Shown here: positions 41,768-51,934 of the stretch, piece by piece
Layout: every line of letters begins with the position of its first letter
Numbering within the stretch: position 1 is the stretch's first letter
NCBI GenBank assembly: GCA_963769025.1
Contig: CAVYKI010000009.1
Span: forward strand, 704,001-768,000
Reading direction: 5' to 3'
Source of the DNA: an uncultured Verrucomicrobiae bacterium
Lineage (GTDB): Bacteria; Verrucomicrobiota; Verrucomicrobiia; Chthoniobacterales; Chthoniobacteraceae
Length of the DNA stretch: 64,000 bases
Translations under genes and position numbers: made by a program
The notes under the pieces: generated by a model
Told to the model about the DNA's origin: nothing
Seen by the model: the letters and a program-made list of their open reading frames with translations, nothing else
Database searches by the model: none

Positions 41768-42610
41768 TCAGTTTCTTCCAGCGCTCACCCTCCGCGAAGC
41801 CGTGAGATCGTTCTTCGTGCTGGTGAGGGATGCGATGACGACAACCGAGAGCAACACCAGCATCCCGAGGACGATGACGAGCGCGACGGCGGAGGATTTT
41901 CGACGGATCAGTTCTCGCTCCATTTTGCCTGAAGGATGCTCACGTTGGTGGAAAAGATGCGGTAGGTCGCGTTGGGCGGTGTCGTTCAGCGTGTCCTCCA
42001 GCGTGGCGAGATCCTTCGTGAGCTGGGTTCCGTCGCCGCTGGTCTTGAAGAGTTCCCCGAGGCCGAGATCTGGCGGCGCGGATGCCGACGCAGCGCGGCT
42101 TTCCAAGCGCGCCGCGCTTTTCTCGTCGATCGCCACCATCGTCACTTGCACGAGCGGCGGGAGTTGGTTGCGCGTGAGCATCGCGAGACTGTCGCCTGGC
42201 TTGGTCTGGTAGAGCCGCGAGTCGTAGCTGAAGTTCGGCGCGAGTTCCGTCGCTCCGGCAGGAGTGTCGTTTACCGAGCGCTTCGGCAAAATGATCAGTG
42301 CGATGACGTTTTCCGCCAGCACGCGTTTCACGCGCCGCGCCCCGGTGGCGTCCGATCCGGATGTCGCGGCTGCGTCCTCATTCAGCGGATCCGTGAACCA
42401 CCGGCGGAGCGTCGCCGGATCGAACGCCGTGGATTTGCTGACCTGCGATAGTCAGCGGTACACCGCCAGCGATTCGCTCGGCTGCGTCATTTCCATGAGG
42501 CGAAACCGGTTCCTCAGCGGCTCAGACCGACCGTCGCCGAGAAAGCGCGGACGGAACTTTCCATCATCGCCGAACTCGGTGAAGTAGCCCGAGACATTGA
42601 GCAGCGGTGG
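41768..42610 (-). pseudogene. Verru_Chthon cassette remnants: 3' part of protein C and the first ~50 codons of protein A
   Basis: LLNVSGYFTEFGDD, FRLMEMTQPSESL, VLAENVIALIILPK, QLPPLVQVTMVAIDE, YRIFSTNV..AKWS; in-frame TGA at 42452; then ALVIVLGMLVLLSVVV starting at 41923. Confidence 0.75.
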
Positions 42611-42789
42611 CAACGCGGCGCCGGAGCCCGTGCCGGCCGCAGCGGTTAAGGCGAACGCCGCGAGTTCAGATGCCCTGATACCTCCATCGGAGAAATCCGA
42701 AGCCGGGTTCTCAACGAAGAGACGTCCGCATTGCTTTAGTCCTAGCGATGCACAAACCAAAGCGCTTCTCGTCCATGAACTCGAAACTT

Positions 42790-42944
42790 CACGTCGCGAC
42801 GCACCGCGAGCCTCGAGTTCACGCGCACGGTCATGGCGACGCTCCGGCACAACTACAGCAAACGGAAGTTCCGGAACGACGCCGATTGCCAACTGGGAAC
42901 TCCTTCCCGCCACCACGCGCGGGAAAGGGGTCGCCATCGGGTAG
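42790..42944 (+). pseudogene. Second, more decayed copy of the integrase 3' end
   Basis: Aligns by eye with 24838-25002, with indels, and ends in the same frame ...LLPATTRG.GVAIG*. Confidence 0.85.
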
Positions 42945-42971
42945 CGCACGGCGTTCGCCAGTGAACCTCGA

Positions 42972-42994
42972 AATTTGCCACGGATTTGCCACGG
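42972..42994 (+). promoter_or_regulatory. Putative integrase arm-type binding sites (tandem TTTGCCACGG)
   Basis: AATTTGCCACGGATTTGCCACGG about 80 bp inside the right att. Confidence 0.7.
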
Positions 42995-43079
42995 CGATCC
43001 GAAATCGGGCAGAAAGCACACCCCCCTCGCCGCTCTGGAACCCTGTATCCATGCGGCTTCCCGCTCCTTTTTGGAGGGG

Positions 43080-43161
43080 TACTCGGGGCGGGACTTGAAC
43101 CCGCACGGCTTGCGCCATACGCCCCTCAAACGTACGTGTCTGCCAATTCCACCACCCGAGC
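43080..43161 (-). tRNA. tRNA-Leu(GAG)
   Basis: Acceptor stem GCTCGGG/CCCGAGT, D-arm GGTGGAATTGGCAGACAC, anticodon loop TTGAGGG, long variable arm, GTTCAAGTC T-loop; CCA not encoded. Confidence 0.96.
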
Positions 43162-43186
43162 ATTTTTTTTACGGAAAGGGACGCGC

Positions 43187-43250
43187 TAAATAGCAGGCAC
43201 GGCGAAGGGCGCAAGTGTTCTTTCATTTGCGACAAAAGTTTTTCGTTTTT
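43187..43250 (-). promoter_or_regulatory. Putative sigma70 promoter of tRNA-Leu
   Basis: TTGCGC-16 nt-TATTTA with an A/T-rich upstream tract and GC-rich discriminator. Confidence 0.4.
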
Positions 43251-43315
43251 CATGCGGCGCGACGCGCGAGGGTGCAGGCTTGGCGGGCGACGCCAGACCG
43301 GATATCAGCCGGAGC

Positions 43316-44092
43316 ATGACCTCCACATTCCTCCAGCGCCTCCTCTACAAACACGCCCTCGTGACGGGCGGCGGCTCCGGCATCGGGCGCGCGATTGCAG
43401 AACGTTTCGCGGCGGAAGGCGCGCACGTGTTCATCATGGAAATCAACGAGGCGGCGGCCGCGGAGGCGGCGGAGGCGATTCGCGCTGCGGGCGGGAACTG
43501 CGACATCGTGGTGGCGGATGTGAGCGACCAGGAGGCGATGCGCGCGGCGTTTGCGGCATTGCCGAAACTCGACGTGCTCGTGAACAACGCGGGCATCGCC
43601 CACATCGGCAACGTGCTCACGACGACCACGGAGGATCTCGACCGGCTCCATGCGGTCAATGTGCGCGGGGTGTATCACGGCATGCACTTCGGCGTGCCGC
43701 GGATGATCGAGGCTGGCGGCGGAGCGATTTTGAACATCTGCTCCGTCGCCGCGAAACTCGGGATCTCCGAGCGCTTCGCGTATTCGATGACGAAGGGCGC
43801 GGTGCTGAGCATGACGCTGAGCGTCGCGCGCGATTTTGTGGACAAGCGCGTCCGCTGCAATTGCGTGTGCCCCGCGCGCATCCACACGCCGTTCGTGGAC
43901 GGCTACCTCGCCAAGACGTATCCCGGCCGCGAGGAGGAGATGTTCGACAAGCTCAGTGCGTGGCAGCCAATCGGGCGCATGGGGCAGCCTTCGGAGGTTG
44001 CGGCGCTGGCCGCGTTCCTGTGCTCGGACGAGGCCGGCTTCATCACCGGTGCCGCGTATGACATCGATGGCGGCGTGATGCTGCTGCGATAG
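43316..44092 (+). CDS. SDR family oxidoreductase
   Basis: TGGGSGIG, NNAGI, YSMTK, NCVCPARIHT, IDGG. Confidence 0.93.
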   Translation: MTSTFLQRLLYKHALVTGGGSGIGRAIAERFAAEGAHVFIMEINEAAAAEAAEAIRAAGGNCDIVVADVSDQEAMRAAFAALPKLDVLVNNAGIAHIGNVLTTTTEDLDRLHAVNVRGVYHGMHFGVPRMIEAGGGAILNICSVAAKLGISERFAYSMTKGAVLSMTLSVARDFVDKRVRCNCVCPARIHTPFVDGYLAKTYPGREEEMFDKLSAWQPIGRMGQPSEVAALAAFLCSDEAGFITGAAYDIDGGVMLLR

Positions 44093-44139
44093 GCGAGCGG
44101 TATTCCTTTACCGGAAAAGCGCGTCTCACCTTCCGGCGT

Positions 44140-45710
44140 TCAGTTCGCGGCGAGAACTTCAGACGAGAGAAGCTGGTTCGTCCGCATCAAATGCCGGATT
44201 TCTGTTGGCGCGAGCGGACGGTCCACGAGCAGCAGTTCATCCACCGCCAGTGTCGAACCCGTAATGCCCCCTGGGCGACCGCCAACCCACAGCGCGCCGT
44301 CCAGTCCCCGAGGGCTTCCGGTCGTTCCGCGCCGGGCGCCGGACTTCAACGAAAAGGTTTCTAGCCGTCCATCCACATAGAGCTTCGCGTGCGGCTTGTT
44401 TGCGTTTTTCGCCGGCTGGGAAAATATCGCGGCGAGGTGGTGCCAGTTCCCGTCGCGCAACACCGTGGTGCCGACCGCCGCGCCATGCCCGGTCTGCAAG
44501 CGGAGCGCACCGAGAACACCTTCGCCGGGCATGCCATTCCACGAAAATTCCGCCCATGCCTGCCCCGAGCGGCCCAGCGGCATCGCGAGGAAAGTCGGCG
44601 CGCCCGAAACCGATGCCTCCGTCGGCAGCCGGATCCAGCACGCGACGCTGCGCGTGCCGCGTGCGACGGCCCGTGAAAGCTTCGCCATCACTGCGGGGTG
44701 CCCGTCGAGTTGCAGTGCGCCGCCCCAGCGGCCCTCCGTCCAGTGCGCTCCGGGCGTTTCGGATCTGCCCAGGTGAATTTCAGAATCGCCTGGTGAACTG
44801 GAAACGGACCCGGCGATCTCGCCCGCGCCTTCATCGAAGGACCAGCGCACGTAATTCAGTGGATGAGCCATCCGCTCGACGCCAATCTTCGCGGCGAAAG
44901 CGCTGGAACTTCCTGTCGCCGTCGCGCACATCGGAGGCACCGGCCTTTGCGAAGCGCCGCGCCTGCCTTTCGTGCAGCACCGAGCGCGGCTGCTCGCCGC
45001 TGCCCCCACGCGGCTGCACCTCGACTGCGCCTTTGAGCACGAAGACCTCAGCCGCACCGCCCGCCTCGGCCGTCATGCTGAATTCAGTGCCGAGGTCCAC
45101 GACTTCAACGGCGGCGTTCACCACGCGGAACCCGACCGCTTCCGGCGGGACGTTCGCCTTGAGTGTGCCGTGCTGAAGTTCCGCTTCCCACGCCGAGTGC
45201 GAGATCGAGCGTCGCCGGACCGGTGAGTGTGAGTTGCGCGCCGGAATCGAACGTCACCTCGGCAAAACCGGACGCGAGCTCCAGCCTTCGTCCGCGAGCA
45301 AGTTCGTCTCCGGGTTCGGGCGCGACACCGATCCATTTGCAGTCCTTCGATCCAGAGAGGCGCGCAACAGATTCCTGCGACTCCTCGCCATTACCCGTCT
45401 GCGACGCAACGAAGAAAACCCGCGAGACGAGAACGCCGAGCAGCACGGCGGCCGCAGCAGCGAGAGGCGCGAGCCAGCGCGACCAGCGGGAAAAAGGAAT
45501 GACCTTCGCCGGTTCGGGACGCTCGCTTTGCATTTCGCCCGCGCGGTCAAACAGGCTCGCCGACAGGGCCATCGAGCGGACGTAAAAGCGGCGTGCCTCA
45601 TCCGAATTCGCGAGCATTTCCTCCAGCCGCTTGCACTCCGCGTCAGTTGACCGGTCATCCACGAGCGCGCTGATCAGTTCGTTGAGTTCCACCCGTTCGT
45701 TGTCGTTCAT
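44140..45710 (-). CDS. FecR-domain anti-sigma factor with C-terminal LamG domain, two apparent frameshifts
   Basis: N-terminal anti-sigma helices, TM helix, FecR (EVTFDSGA..VVDLGTEF..VLKGAVEV), LamG (WSFDE, DGNWHHLA, LYVDG, VDEL); shifts near 45195 and 44900. Confidence 0.82.
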
Positions 45711-46234
45711 GCCGTGGCCTCCGAGGTGAGCGCGTTCGTCACGCAGTCGTGCAACAATTTCCGAAGCCGCGTGAGCGCCTTGTACGCGGCGACGAGCGAG
45801 CGGTTCGTGCGGCGCGCAGCTTCCTCGACTCCGGATTCGTAGCGGGTCATCAGCAGTTCACGGTCGCGCGGGTTCAGCTTTTTCAGGCAGCCTGCGAGCG
45901 CCTCGTGCCGGGCGCTCTGCTCGGGCGCGAGTTCCGCGGCGGTCGCTGCGACGGCCTCCAGCACCCGCTCGTCGAAGACGACCTTCGATCGCGCAAATTT
46001 CGTCCGCGCCGCGCGCACCTGCCACCATGCGATCTGACATCCCCATGCCACGAAATCGGTGCCCGTGCGGAAGTCGCCGAACTTCTCGCAAATCACGAGA
46101 CTCGTCTCCTGGAGGATGTCCTCCGCGGAATGACGGTCGGGCACGAGCGTGTAGATGTAGGAAAAAATGCGCCGCTGATGCTGCGTCATCAGCAGCACGA
46201 GCTCCTTCGTCCGGTCGGCGGGATCGTGTGACAT
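45707..46234 (-). CDS. ECF RNA polymerase sigma-70 factor (Rhodopirellula/Verrucomicrobium type)
   Basis: HQRRIFSYIYTLVPD..AEDILQET..FVAWGCQIA..LTRLRKLLHDCV; stop overlaps the FecR start. Confidence 0.92.
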   Translation of the reverse strand: MSHDPADRTKELVLLMTQHQRRIFSYIYTLVPDRHSAEDILQETSLVICEKFGDFRTGTDFVAWGCQIAWWQVRAARTKFARSKVVFDERVLEAVAATAAELAPEQSARHEALAGCLKKLNPRDRELLMTRYESGVEEAARRTNRSLVAAYKALTRLRKLLHDCVTNALTSEATA

Positions 46235-46382
46235 TGCCTAAGCGAGAATGATGATGGCCGCTCTATGCATGTTGGGTTACACGGGTAGAATAGCACGCAG
46301 CCGCCCGCTTGGGACTTCGATAAATCCGCGTCCCAATCCCCGCCCCCGGCGCTATTTCCCTGCAAGCGCTCCCCAACTGCCC

Positions 46383-48974
46383 ATGAACCCATTTACGTCC
46401 ACCCTGTTTCTGGCGACCGCCTCCTTCGCTGGCGCCGCTGCCGTCCCCACCGCGACAATCGTCGCCGAAAAGCAGAGCGCGGCGGGCATCGAGTTTTTTG
46501 AAAAGAACATCCGGCCCGTCCTCGTGCAGAAATGCTACGGCTGCCACTCGGCGGAATCCGGCAAGCAGAAAGGCGGGCTCTCGCTCGATTCGCGCGAAGG
46601 CATCCGGACGGGCGGCGACTCCGGCCATGCGGTCGAGCCCGGAAATCCGAAGGACAGCCTGCTGCTCCACGCAATGCAGTACGAGGACAAGGAAATGCAG
46701 ATGCCGCCGCAGAAGGAAGGCGGCAAGCTGCCGGACGCGGTCATCGCAAATTTTGAACAATGGATCCGCATGGGCGCGCCCGACCCGAGGGATAGCGCGG
46801 AGCGCGCGAAGATGACGCCAGTGGCGGGGATGGACTGGGACCTGGCCAAGGCGAAGGAATTCTGGGCGTTCCAACTGCCGAAGGTGTCCCCTGCTCCCGC
46901 GGTGAACGACAAGGCATGGCCGCGTTCGGAGACGGACAAATTCACCCTCAGCGCGCTGGAGGCGAAGGGCCTCAAGCCGGTCGCCGACGCGGACAAGTCC
47001 ACGCTGATCCGGCGCGTTTACTTCGATCTCATCGGACTCCCACCGCGTCCGGATGAGTTGGACGCGTTCCTTTCGGACAAATCTCCACAGGCATTCGAGA
47101 AAATCGTGGACCGGCTGCTCGCCTCGCCGCAGTTCGGCGAGCGCTGGGGCCGGCACTGGCTGGACGTCGCGCGCTACGCGGAGAGCACCGGCAAGGAGCG
47201 CAATTTCACCTTCCCATCCGCGTGGCGCTACCGCGACTACGTGGTCGCGGCATTCAACGCGGACATGCCATACGACCAGTTCGTCCGAGAGCAGGTCGCA
47301 GGCGACCTTTACCCGCACTCAAGCGACGAGGAACGCAACCGGCAGCTCGTGGCCACCGGCTTTCTCGCGATGGGACCGAAGGGGCTGAACGAAAAGAACA
47401 AGACGCAGTTCACGATGGATCTCGTGGATGAGCAGATCGACGTCACCACCCGCGCCGTGCTCGGCATGACGGTCGCGTGCGCGCGCTGCCACGACCATAA
47501 ATTCGATCCCATCCCGCAGAAGGAATACTACGCGCTGGCGGGCATCTTCCGCAGCACGGAGACGTATTACGGCACCGCCGGTGGAAAGAATCGCAACGGC
47601 ACGTCCTTGCTCCCGCTCGCCGGAGGCCCGACCCCTGAACCGGCAGCCGCTGCGCCTGCGGCGGTCGCGCCCACGGCTCCGACGATCGAAACGCGAATCC
47701 AGCAGCTCGCGGCAGGAAATCCGAAATTCGCCGCTCGCCTGGCCACCATGACCCCTGCGCAAAAGCGGAAAGCGATCGGGAAATTCGCGGACAAGCTCGG
47801 GACGGGCGCAACGCCGCTCGCCGACACGCCCGCTGCCGCTTCGCAGCCCGCGCCGGCCATTGCCGCAAATGCCAAGGGAAAGAAGAACAAGAAGAACAAA
47901 GGCGCCTACGCCGCTGCGCCTGCGCCAATCCCGGGGCAGGAACTTTGCATGGGCGTTCTCGAAGGAAGGCCGATGGACACGCGCCTGCTCGTCCGCGGCG
48001 AAATCGACCAGGCCACCGAAATCGTCCCGCGCGGTTTCGTGACCGTGATGACGAACGGCCAGGCGCCCGTCATCCCATCCACGTCGAGCGGACGCAAGGA
48101 GCTCGCCGAGTGGCTCACCGCCGACAGCAACCCCCTCATCGCGCGCGTCGCCGTGAACCGCGTGTGGCAGCATCTCTTCGGAAACGGCCTCGTCCCTACC
48201 GAGGATAATTTCGGCGCGACCGGCGAAAAGCCGACGCATCCCGAGCTGCTCGATTCGCTCGCAGTCCAGTTCATGAAGGACGGCTGGAGCACGAAGCGCC
48301 TCGTCCGCTCGCTGGTCCTCAGCCACACCTACCAGCTCTCGAACGCCCACGATTCCTTCGCCAGCGAAGTCGATCCCGACAACCACCTGCTCTGGCGCGC
48401 CACCCAGCGCCGCCTCGACGCCGAGGCCATCCGCGACGCGATGCTCACCGCCTCCGGCCAGCTCGACGCCACGCCGCCGACGGGCTCGCTCGTTTCCGCC
48501 GTCGGCGACGGCTACATCGGCAAGGGCATCAACCCCGATGTCTTCTCCAACTACGCCTCGAATAAGCGCAGCGTTTACATGCCCGTCGTGCGCGACTTCG
48601 TGCCGGACGTGCTGGAAGTGTTCGACTTCGCCGAGCCGAGCCTCGTCGTCGCCTCGCGCGATGTGACGAATGTCCCCTCGCAGGCGCTTTTCATGATGAA
48701 TGACGAGTTCGTCCGCGCGCAGGCCACCGCGATGGCGAAGCGGCTCCTCGCGAGCCCCATGGATTATTCCAATCGCCTCAACACCGCCTACCAGCTCGCC
48801 CTCGCCCGCACGCCGACCGACGCCGAGCGCAAGCGCGCCGACGCTTACCTTCTCAACGAGGCCCGCGCGCTCATTCCCATCAAGGGCGGCAACAAGGACG
48901 AAGCCGCGCTGCTCTCCTGGTCCACCTTCTGCCAGGCGCTCTTCGCCTGCGCCGAGTTCCGCTACGTCCGCTAG
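46383..48974 (+). CDS. Planctomycete cytochrome c / DUF1549 / DUF1553 (PSD1) protein
   Basis: FFEKNIRPVL..CYGCH, FGERWGRHWLDVARYAES, CARCHDHKFDP, PTHPELLDSLA, RLDAEAIRDAML. Confidence 0.92.
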   Translation: MNPFTSTLFLATASFAGAAAVPTATIVAEKQSAAGIEFFEKNIRPVLVQKCYGCHSAESGKQKGGLSLDSREGIRTGGDSGHAVEPGNPKDSLLLHAMQYEDKEMQMPPQKEGGKLPDAVIANFEQWIRMGAPDPRDSAERAKMTPVAGMDWDLAKAKEFWAFQLPKVSPAPAVNDKAWPRSETDKFTLSALEAKGLKPVADADKSTLIRRVYFDLIGLPPRPDELDAFLSDKSPQAFEKIVDRLLASPQFGERWGRHWLDVARYAESTGKERNFTFPSAWRYRDYVVAAFNADMPYDQFVREQVAGDLYPHSSDEERNRQLVATGFLAMGPKGLNEKNKTQFTMDLVDEQIDVTTRAVLGMTVACARCHDHKFDPIPQKEYYALAGIFRSTETYYGTAGGKNRNGTSLLPLAGGPTPEPAAAAPAAVAPTAPTIETRIQQLAAGNPKFAARLATMTPAQKRKAIGKFADKLGTGATPLADTPAAASQPAPAIAANAKGKKNKKNKGAYAAAPAPIPGQELCMGVLEGRPMDTRLLVRGEIDQATEIVPRGFVTVMTNGQAPVIPSTSSGRKELAEWLTADSNPLIARVAVNRVWQHLFGNGLVPTEDNFGATGEKPTHPELLDSLAVQFMKDGWSTKRLVRSLVLSHTYQLSNAHDSFASEVDPDNHLLWRATQRRLDAEAIRDAMLTASGQLDATPPTGSLVSAVGDGYIGKGINPDVFSNYASNKRSVYMPVVRDFVPDVLEVFDFAEPSLVVASRDVTNVPSQALFMMNDEFVRAQATAMAKRLLASPMDYSNRLNTAYQLALARTPTDAERKRADAYLLNEARALIPIKGGNKDEAALLSWSTFCQALFACAEFRYVR

Positions 48975-48988
48975 AAAAACCCACCGCC

Positions 48989-50371
48989 ATGAACAACAAC
49001 CATCCGTATCAGTGCAACAGCCTCATGCCCGTGCCCCTCACGCGGCGCGACATGCTCAAGACCGTCTCCGCCGGCTTCGGCTGGCTGGCGTTCCAAGGCC
49101 TGGCGGGCAACGCCTCCGCGGCATCCTCGCTCACGCCGCGCGCCCCCCATTTCGCGGCAAAGGCCAAGCGCGTCATCTTCCTCGCCATGCAGGGCGGGCC
49201 GTCGCACATGGACACCTTCGACTACAAGCCGAAGCTCGCGGAGGACGACGGCAAGCCCGGTGAAAAGGGCAAGCTCTTCGCCTCGCCGTTCAAGTTTTCC
49301 CAGCACGGCAAGAGCGGCCTGTGGATCTCCGAGCTTTTCCCCAATGTCGCCCAATTCGCCGACGACATGTGCCTCCTGCGCGGCATGACCACCGACATCC
49401 CGAACCATCCGCAGGCCTTCGTGCAGATGCACACCGGCAGCACGCAATTCGTCCGCCCCAGCCTCGGCTCGTGGACGCTCTACGGTCTCGGTTCGGAAAA
49501 TGAAAACCTCCCGGGCTTCGTCACCATCAGTCCGCCGATCCAGTTCGGCTCGCAAAACTACGGCAGCGCATTTCTCCCCGCCGTCTATCAGGGCATGCGC
49601 ATCGGCGCGCAGAAGGAAGCCGGCAGCGTCTCCAGCGTCGGCAACCTGAACAACCCCGACCTGCCCGCCGGACTCCAGCGCAAGCAGCTCGACCTCGTCC
49701 AGGCGATGAACCAGGACCTGCTCGACAAGAGCACGAATCCCGAAATCGAAGGCGTCATCCAGTCGTTCGAGCTGGGCTTCAAGATGCAGAGCGAAATCCC
49801 CCGCGTCCTCGACGCGAAGGCCGAATCTCCCGAGACGCTGAAGATGTACGGCATCGGCGAAGGCGCGAGCGACTCGTTCGGCAAACAGTGCCTCATGGCG
49901 CGACGCCTCTCGGAAGCCGGCGTCCGCTTCGTCGAGATCGGCCACGGCGGATGGGATCATCACAACAACCTCAAGTCCCGCCTTTCCTCGAACTGCGCGC
50001 AGACCGACAAGCCGATCGCCGGCCTGCTCGCCGACCTCAAGCAGCGCGGACTGCTCAAGGACACGCTCGTCATCTGGGGCGGTGAATTCGGACGCACTCC
50101 CGGCAACGGCAAGCCCGACGGCCGCGGCCACAATTCGAAAGGCTACACCATGTGGATGGCCGGCGGCGGCGTGCGCGGCGGATACAGCCACGGCGCGACC
50201 GACGAGCACGGCGGCAAGGCCGTGGAAAACGTCACCCACATCCACGACATGCACGCCACTGTCCTCGCCCTCCTCGGCCTCGACCACGAGAAGCTCACGT
50301 ACCGGTACGCCGGCCGTGATTTCCGCCTCACGAACGTCTCCGGCAAAGTCGCGAAGGCGATCATCAGCTAG
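48989..50371 (+). CDS. DUF1501 protein (Tat signal)
   Basis: LTRRDML, KAKRVIFLAMQGGPSHMDTFDYKP, WDHH, GEFGRTP, GRDFRLT. Confidence 0.93.
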   Translation: MNNNHPYQCNSLMPVPLTRRDMLKTVSAGFGWLAFQGLAGNASAASSLTPRAPHFAAKAKRVIFLAMQGGPSHMDTFDYKPKLAEDDGKPGEKGKLFASPFKFSQHGKSGLWISELFPNVAQFADDMCLLRGMTTDIPNHPQAFVQMHTGSTQFVRPSLGSWTLYGLGSENENLPGFVTISPPIQFGSQNYGSAFLPAVYQGMRIGAQKEAGSVSSVGNLNNPDLPAGLQRKQLDLVQAMNQDLLDKSTNPEIEGVIQSFELGFKMQSEIPRVLDAKAESPETLKMYGIGEGASDSFGKQCLMARRLSEAGVRFVEIGHGGWDHHNNLKSRLSSNCAQTDKPIAGLLADLKQRGLLKDTLVIWGGEFGRTPGNGKPDGRGHNSKGYTMWMAGGGVRGGYSHGATDEHGGKAVENVTHIHDMHATVLALLGLDHEKLTYRYAGRDFRLTNVSGKVAKAIIS

Positions 50372-50528
50372 CTCGGAGCGGCGACCTCCAGATCGCCCTC
50401 CGGTCGCCCTTCATTTCGTCCGCCTAGAACGGCTGTTCAGCGCGGCTGCAAGGCGCAGTTTCCTGTTTCCCGTGGGAACAGCTTCCCCGCGGCTTGACCC
50501 GATCGTCACACACGCGGAGAAGAAGCCC

Positions 50529-51098
50529 ATGGAGCGACTCCCACTCACCCGCAGCGGATTCCGCTTCTGGCTCCGCCCGTGCAATGGTGGCGATGCCGAC
50601 GCCATCTTTGAAGCCGCGGATGAATCCCGTGAGCGGGTCGGCAAATGGATGGACTGGCTCACACCCGCCTACACGCCCGACGATTCCCGGGCCTGGGCCG
50701 GTGCGGCAGCCGACGCATGGGGCAAAGGCAGCGCGTGCGAATTCGTCATCATCGATTCGACCGACGACGCCCTGGCCGGGTGCTGCGGTCTGAATCGAAT
50801 CAACGAGAAGGATCTGGTGTGCAACATGGGGTATTGGGTCCGCGAGTCGAAGCTCCGCAAGGGCGCAGCCACCGAGGCGGCGCGATTGCTCGCGCAATTC
50901 GGGCACGGCGAACTGGACCTCCGGCGAATCGAAATTGTCATCGCCATCGGAAATCTCCCGAGCAGGAAAGTCGCGGAAAAACTCCACGCGACCTACGAAG
51001 GCATCCAGCGGATGCGCCTCAAGATCGGTGAACTGTCCCACGACGCCCACATGTACGCACTGCTGGCGGAACCGGGAAACCGCACAGGAACCGGATGA
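50529..51098 (+). CDS. RimJ/RimL-type GNAT acetyltransferase
   Basis: NMGYWVRES..KGAATEA..RRIEIVIAIGNLPSRKVAEK. Confidence 0.88.
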   Translation: MERLPLTRSGFRFWLRPCNGGDADAIFEAADESRERVGKWMDWLTPAYTPDDSRAWAGAAADAWGKGSACEFVIIDSTDDALAGCCGLNRINEKDLVCNMGYWVRESKLRKGAATEAARLLAQFGHGELDLRRIEIVIAIGNLPSRKVAEKLHATYEGIQRMRLKIGELSHDAHMYALLAEPGNRTGTG

Positions 51099-51328
51099 TT
51101 TCCGGCTCCCCCTTTTGCGGGTCGATCGCGAGGCGGGAATTTCATGTCAAAGGCGCAGAGCCTGACGAAAGGGGCACATTTTCCAGCAAAGGGAGCGCCG
51201 GTGTGTCATGATGCCCGGCAGCGCGCCGCAGCCGCCGCGCGACCGGGCAGCCCCGCTCTTGGGAGATTGCTAGGTGCTTGACGCCTGCGGCAGCCACCTA
51301 TATTTCGCCCGCCCGTTTTGAACGCCGT

Positions 51329-51934
51329 ATGAAAGCCACTGGATTTGCCATCGCACTTGCCGCCCTGCTTGCCGGGTGCGCTTCATCTGATCCCCGGTTG
51401 TCGTCGGAGACCGTGTACCTGGGCGGACGGCGCGTTGCCGCGGGCGGCGTCCCCGAGAAACGGATGAACTACGACAACGTCTCGTATTGGGACGGCGACC
51501 ATGCGAACGGCCCGGCGCGGATTCGCCTGAGCATCGGCGAACAGAAGGCCTATTTTTACAAGGGTGACCAGCTCGTCGGCGTATCGATCCTCTCCACCGG
51601 CCGCGAGGGCTTCGGGACGCCGTCTGGGAGCTTTAAGATTCTGCAGAAAAACCGGGACCACGTGTCGTCGGTTTACGGCGATTACGTGGATGCGGTCACC
51701 GGCGCGGTGGTGAAGAAGGACATCGACCGCCGGAAGGATCCGATGCCGAAAGGCGCGAAATATGACGGCGCGAGGATGCCGTTTTTCATGCGCATCCATG
51801 GCGGCGTGGGGATGCACGAGGGTTTCCTGCCCGGCTACCCCGCCTCGCACGGCTGCATCCGCATGCCCGGGTTCATGGCGGAGGCATTCTTTCGCAACGC
51901 GGATCTGGGCACACCCGTGACGGTCGGGCCATGA
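51329..51934 (+). CDS. L,D-transpeptidase (YkuD) lipoprotein
   Basis: Lipobox LAGC, STGREGFGTPSG, GMHEG..ASHGCIRMP. Confidence 0.9.
   Translation: MKATGFAIALAALLAGCASSDPRLSSETVYLGGRRVAAGGVPEKRMNYDNVSYWDGDHANGPARIRLSIGEQKAYFYKGDQLVGVSILSTGREGFGTPSGSFKILQKNRDHVSSVYGDYVDAVTGAVVKKDIDRRKDPMPKGAKYDGARMPFFMRIHGGVGMHEGFLPGYPASHGCIRMPGFMAEAFFRNADLGTPVTVGP

Larger units (their letters stand above)
15053..43108. mobile_element. Genomic island (probably two tandem decayed integrative elements) inserted in tRNA-Leu(GAG)
   Basis: Flanking 33-bp direct repeat, integrase remnants at 24590-25002 and 42790-42944, AlpA/Xis-like gene, IS3, many gene fragments. Confidence 0.88.

Noticed and set aside
15053..43108. 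Intact prophage or conjugative ICE
   Set aside because: No structural, packaging, lysis, relaxase or T4SS genes recognised, and both integrase copies are fragments.
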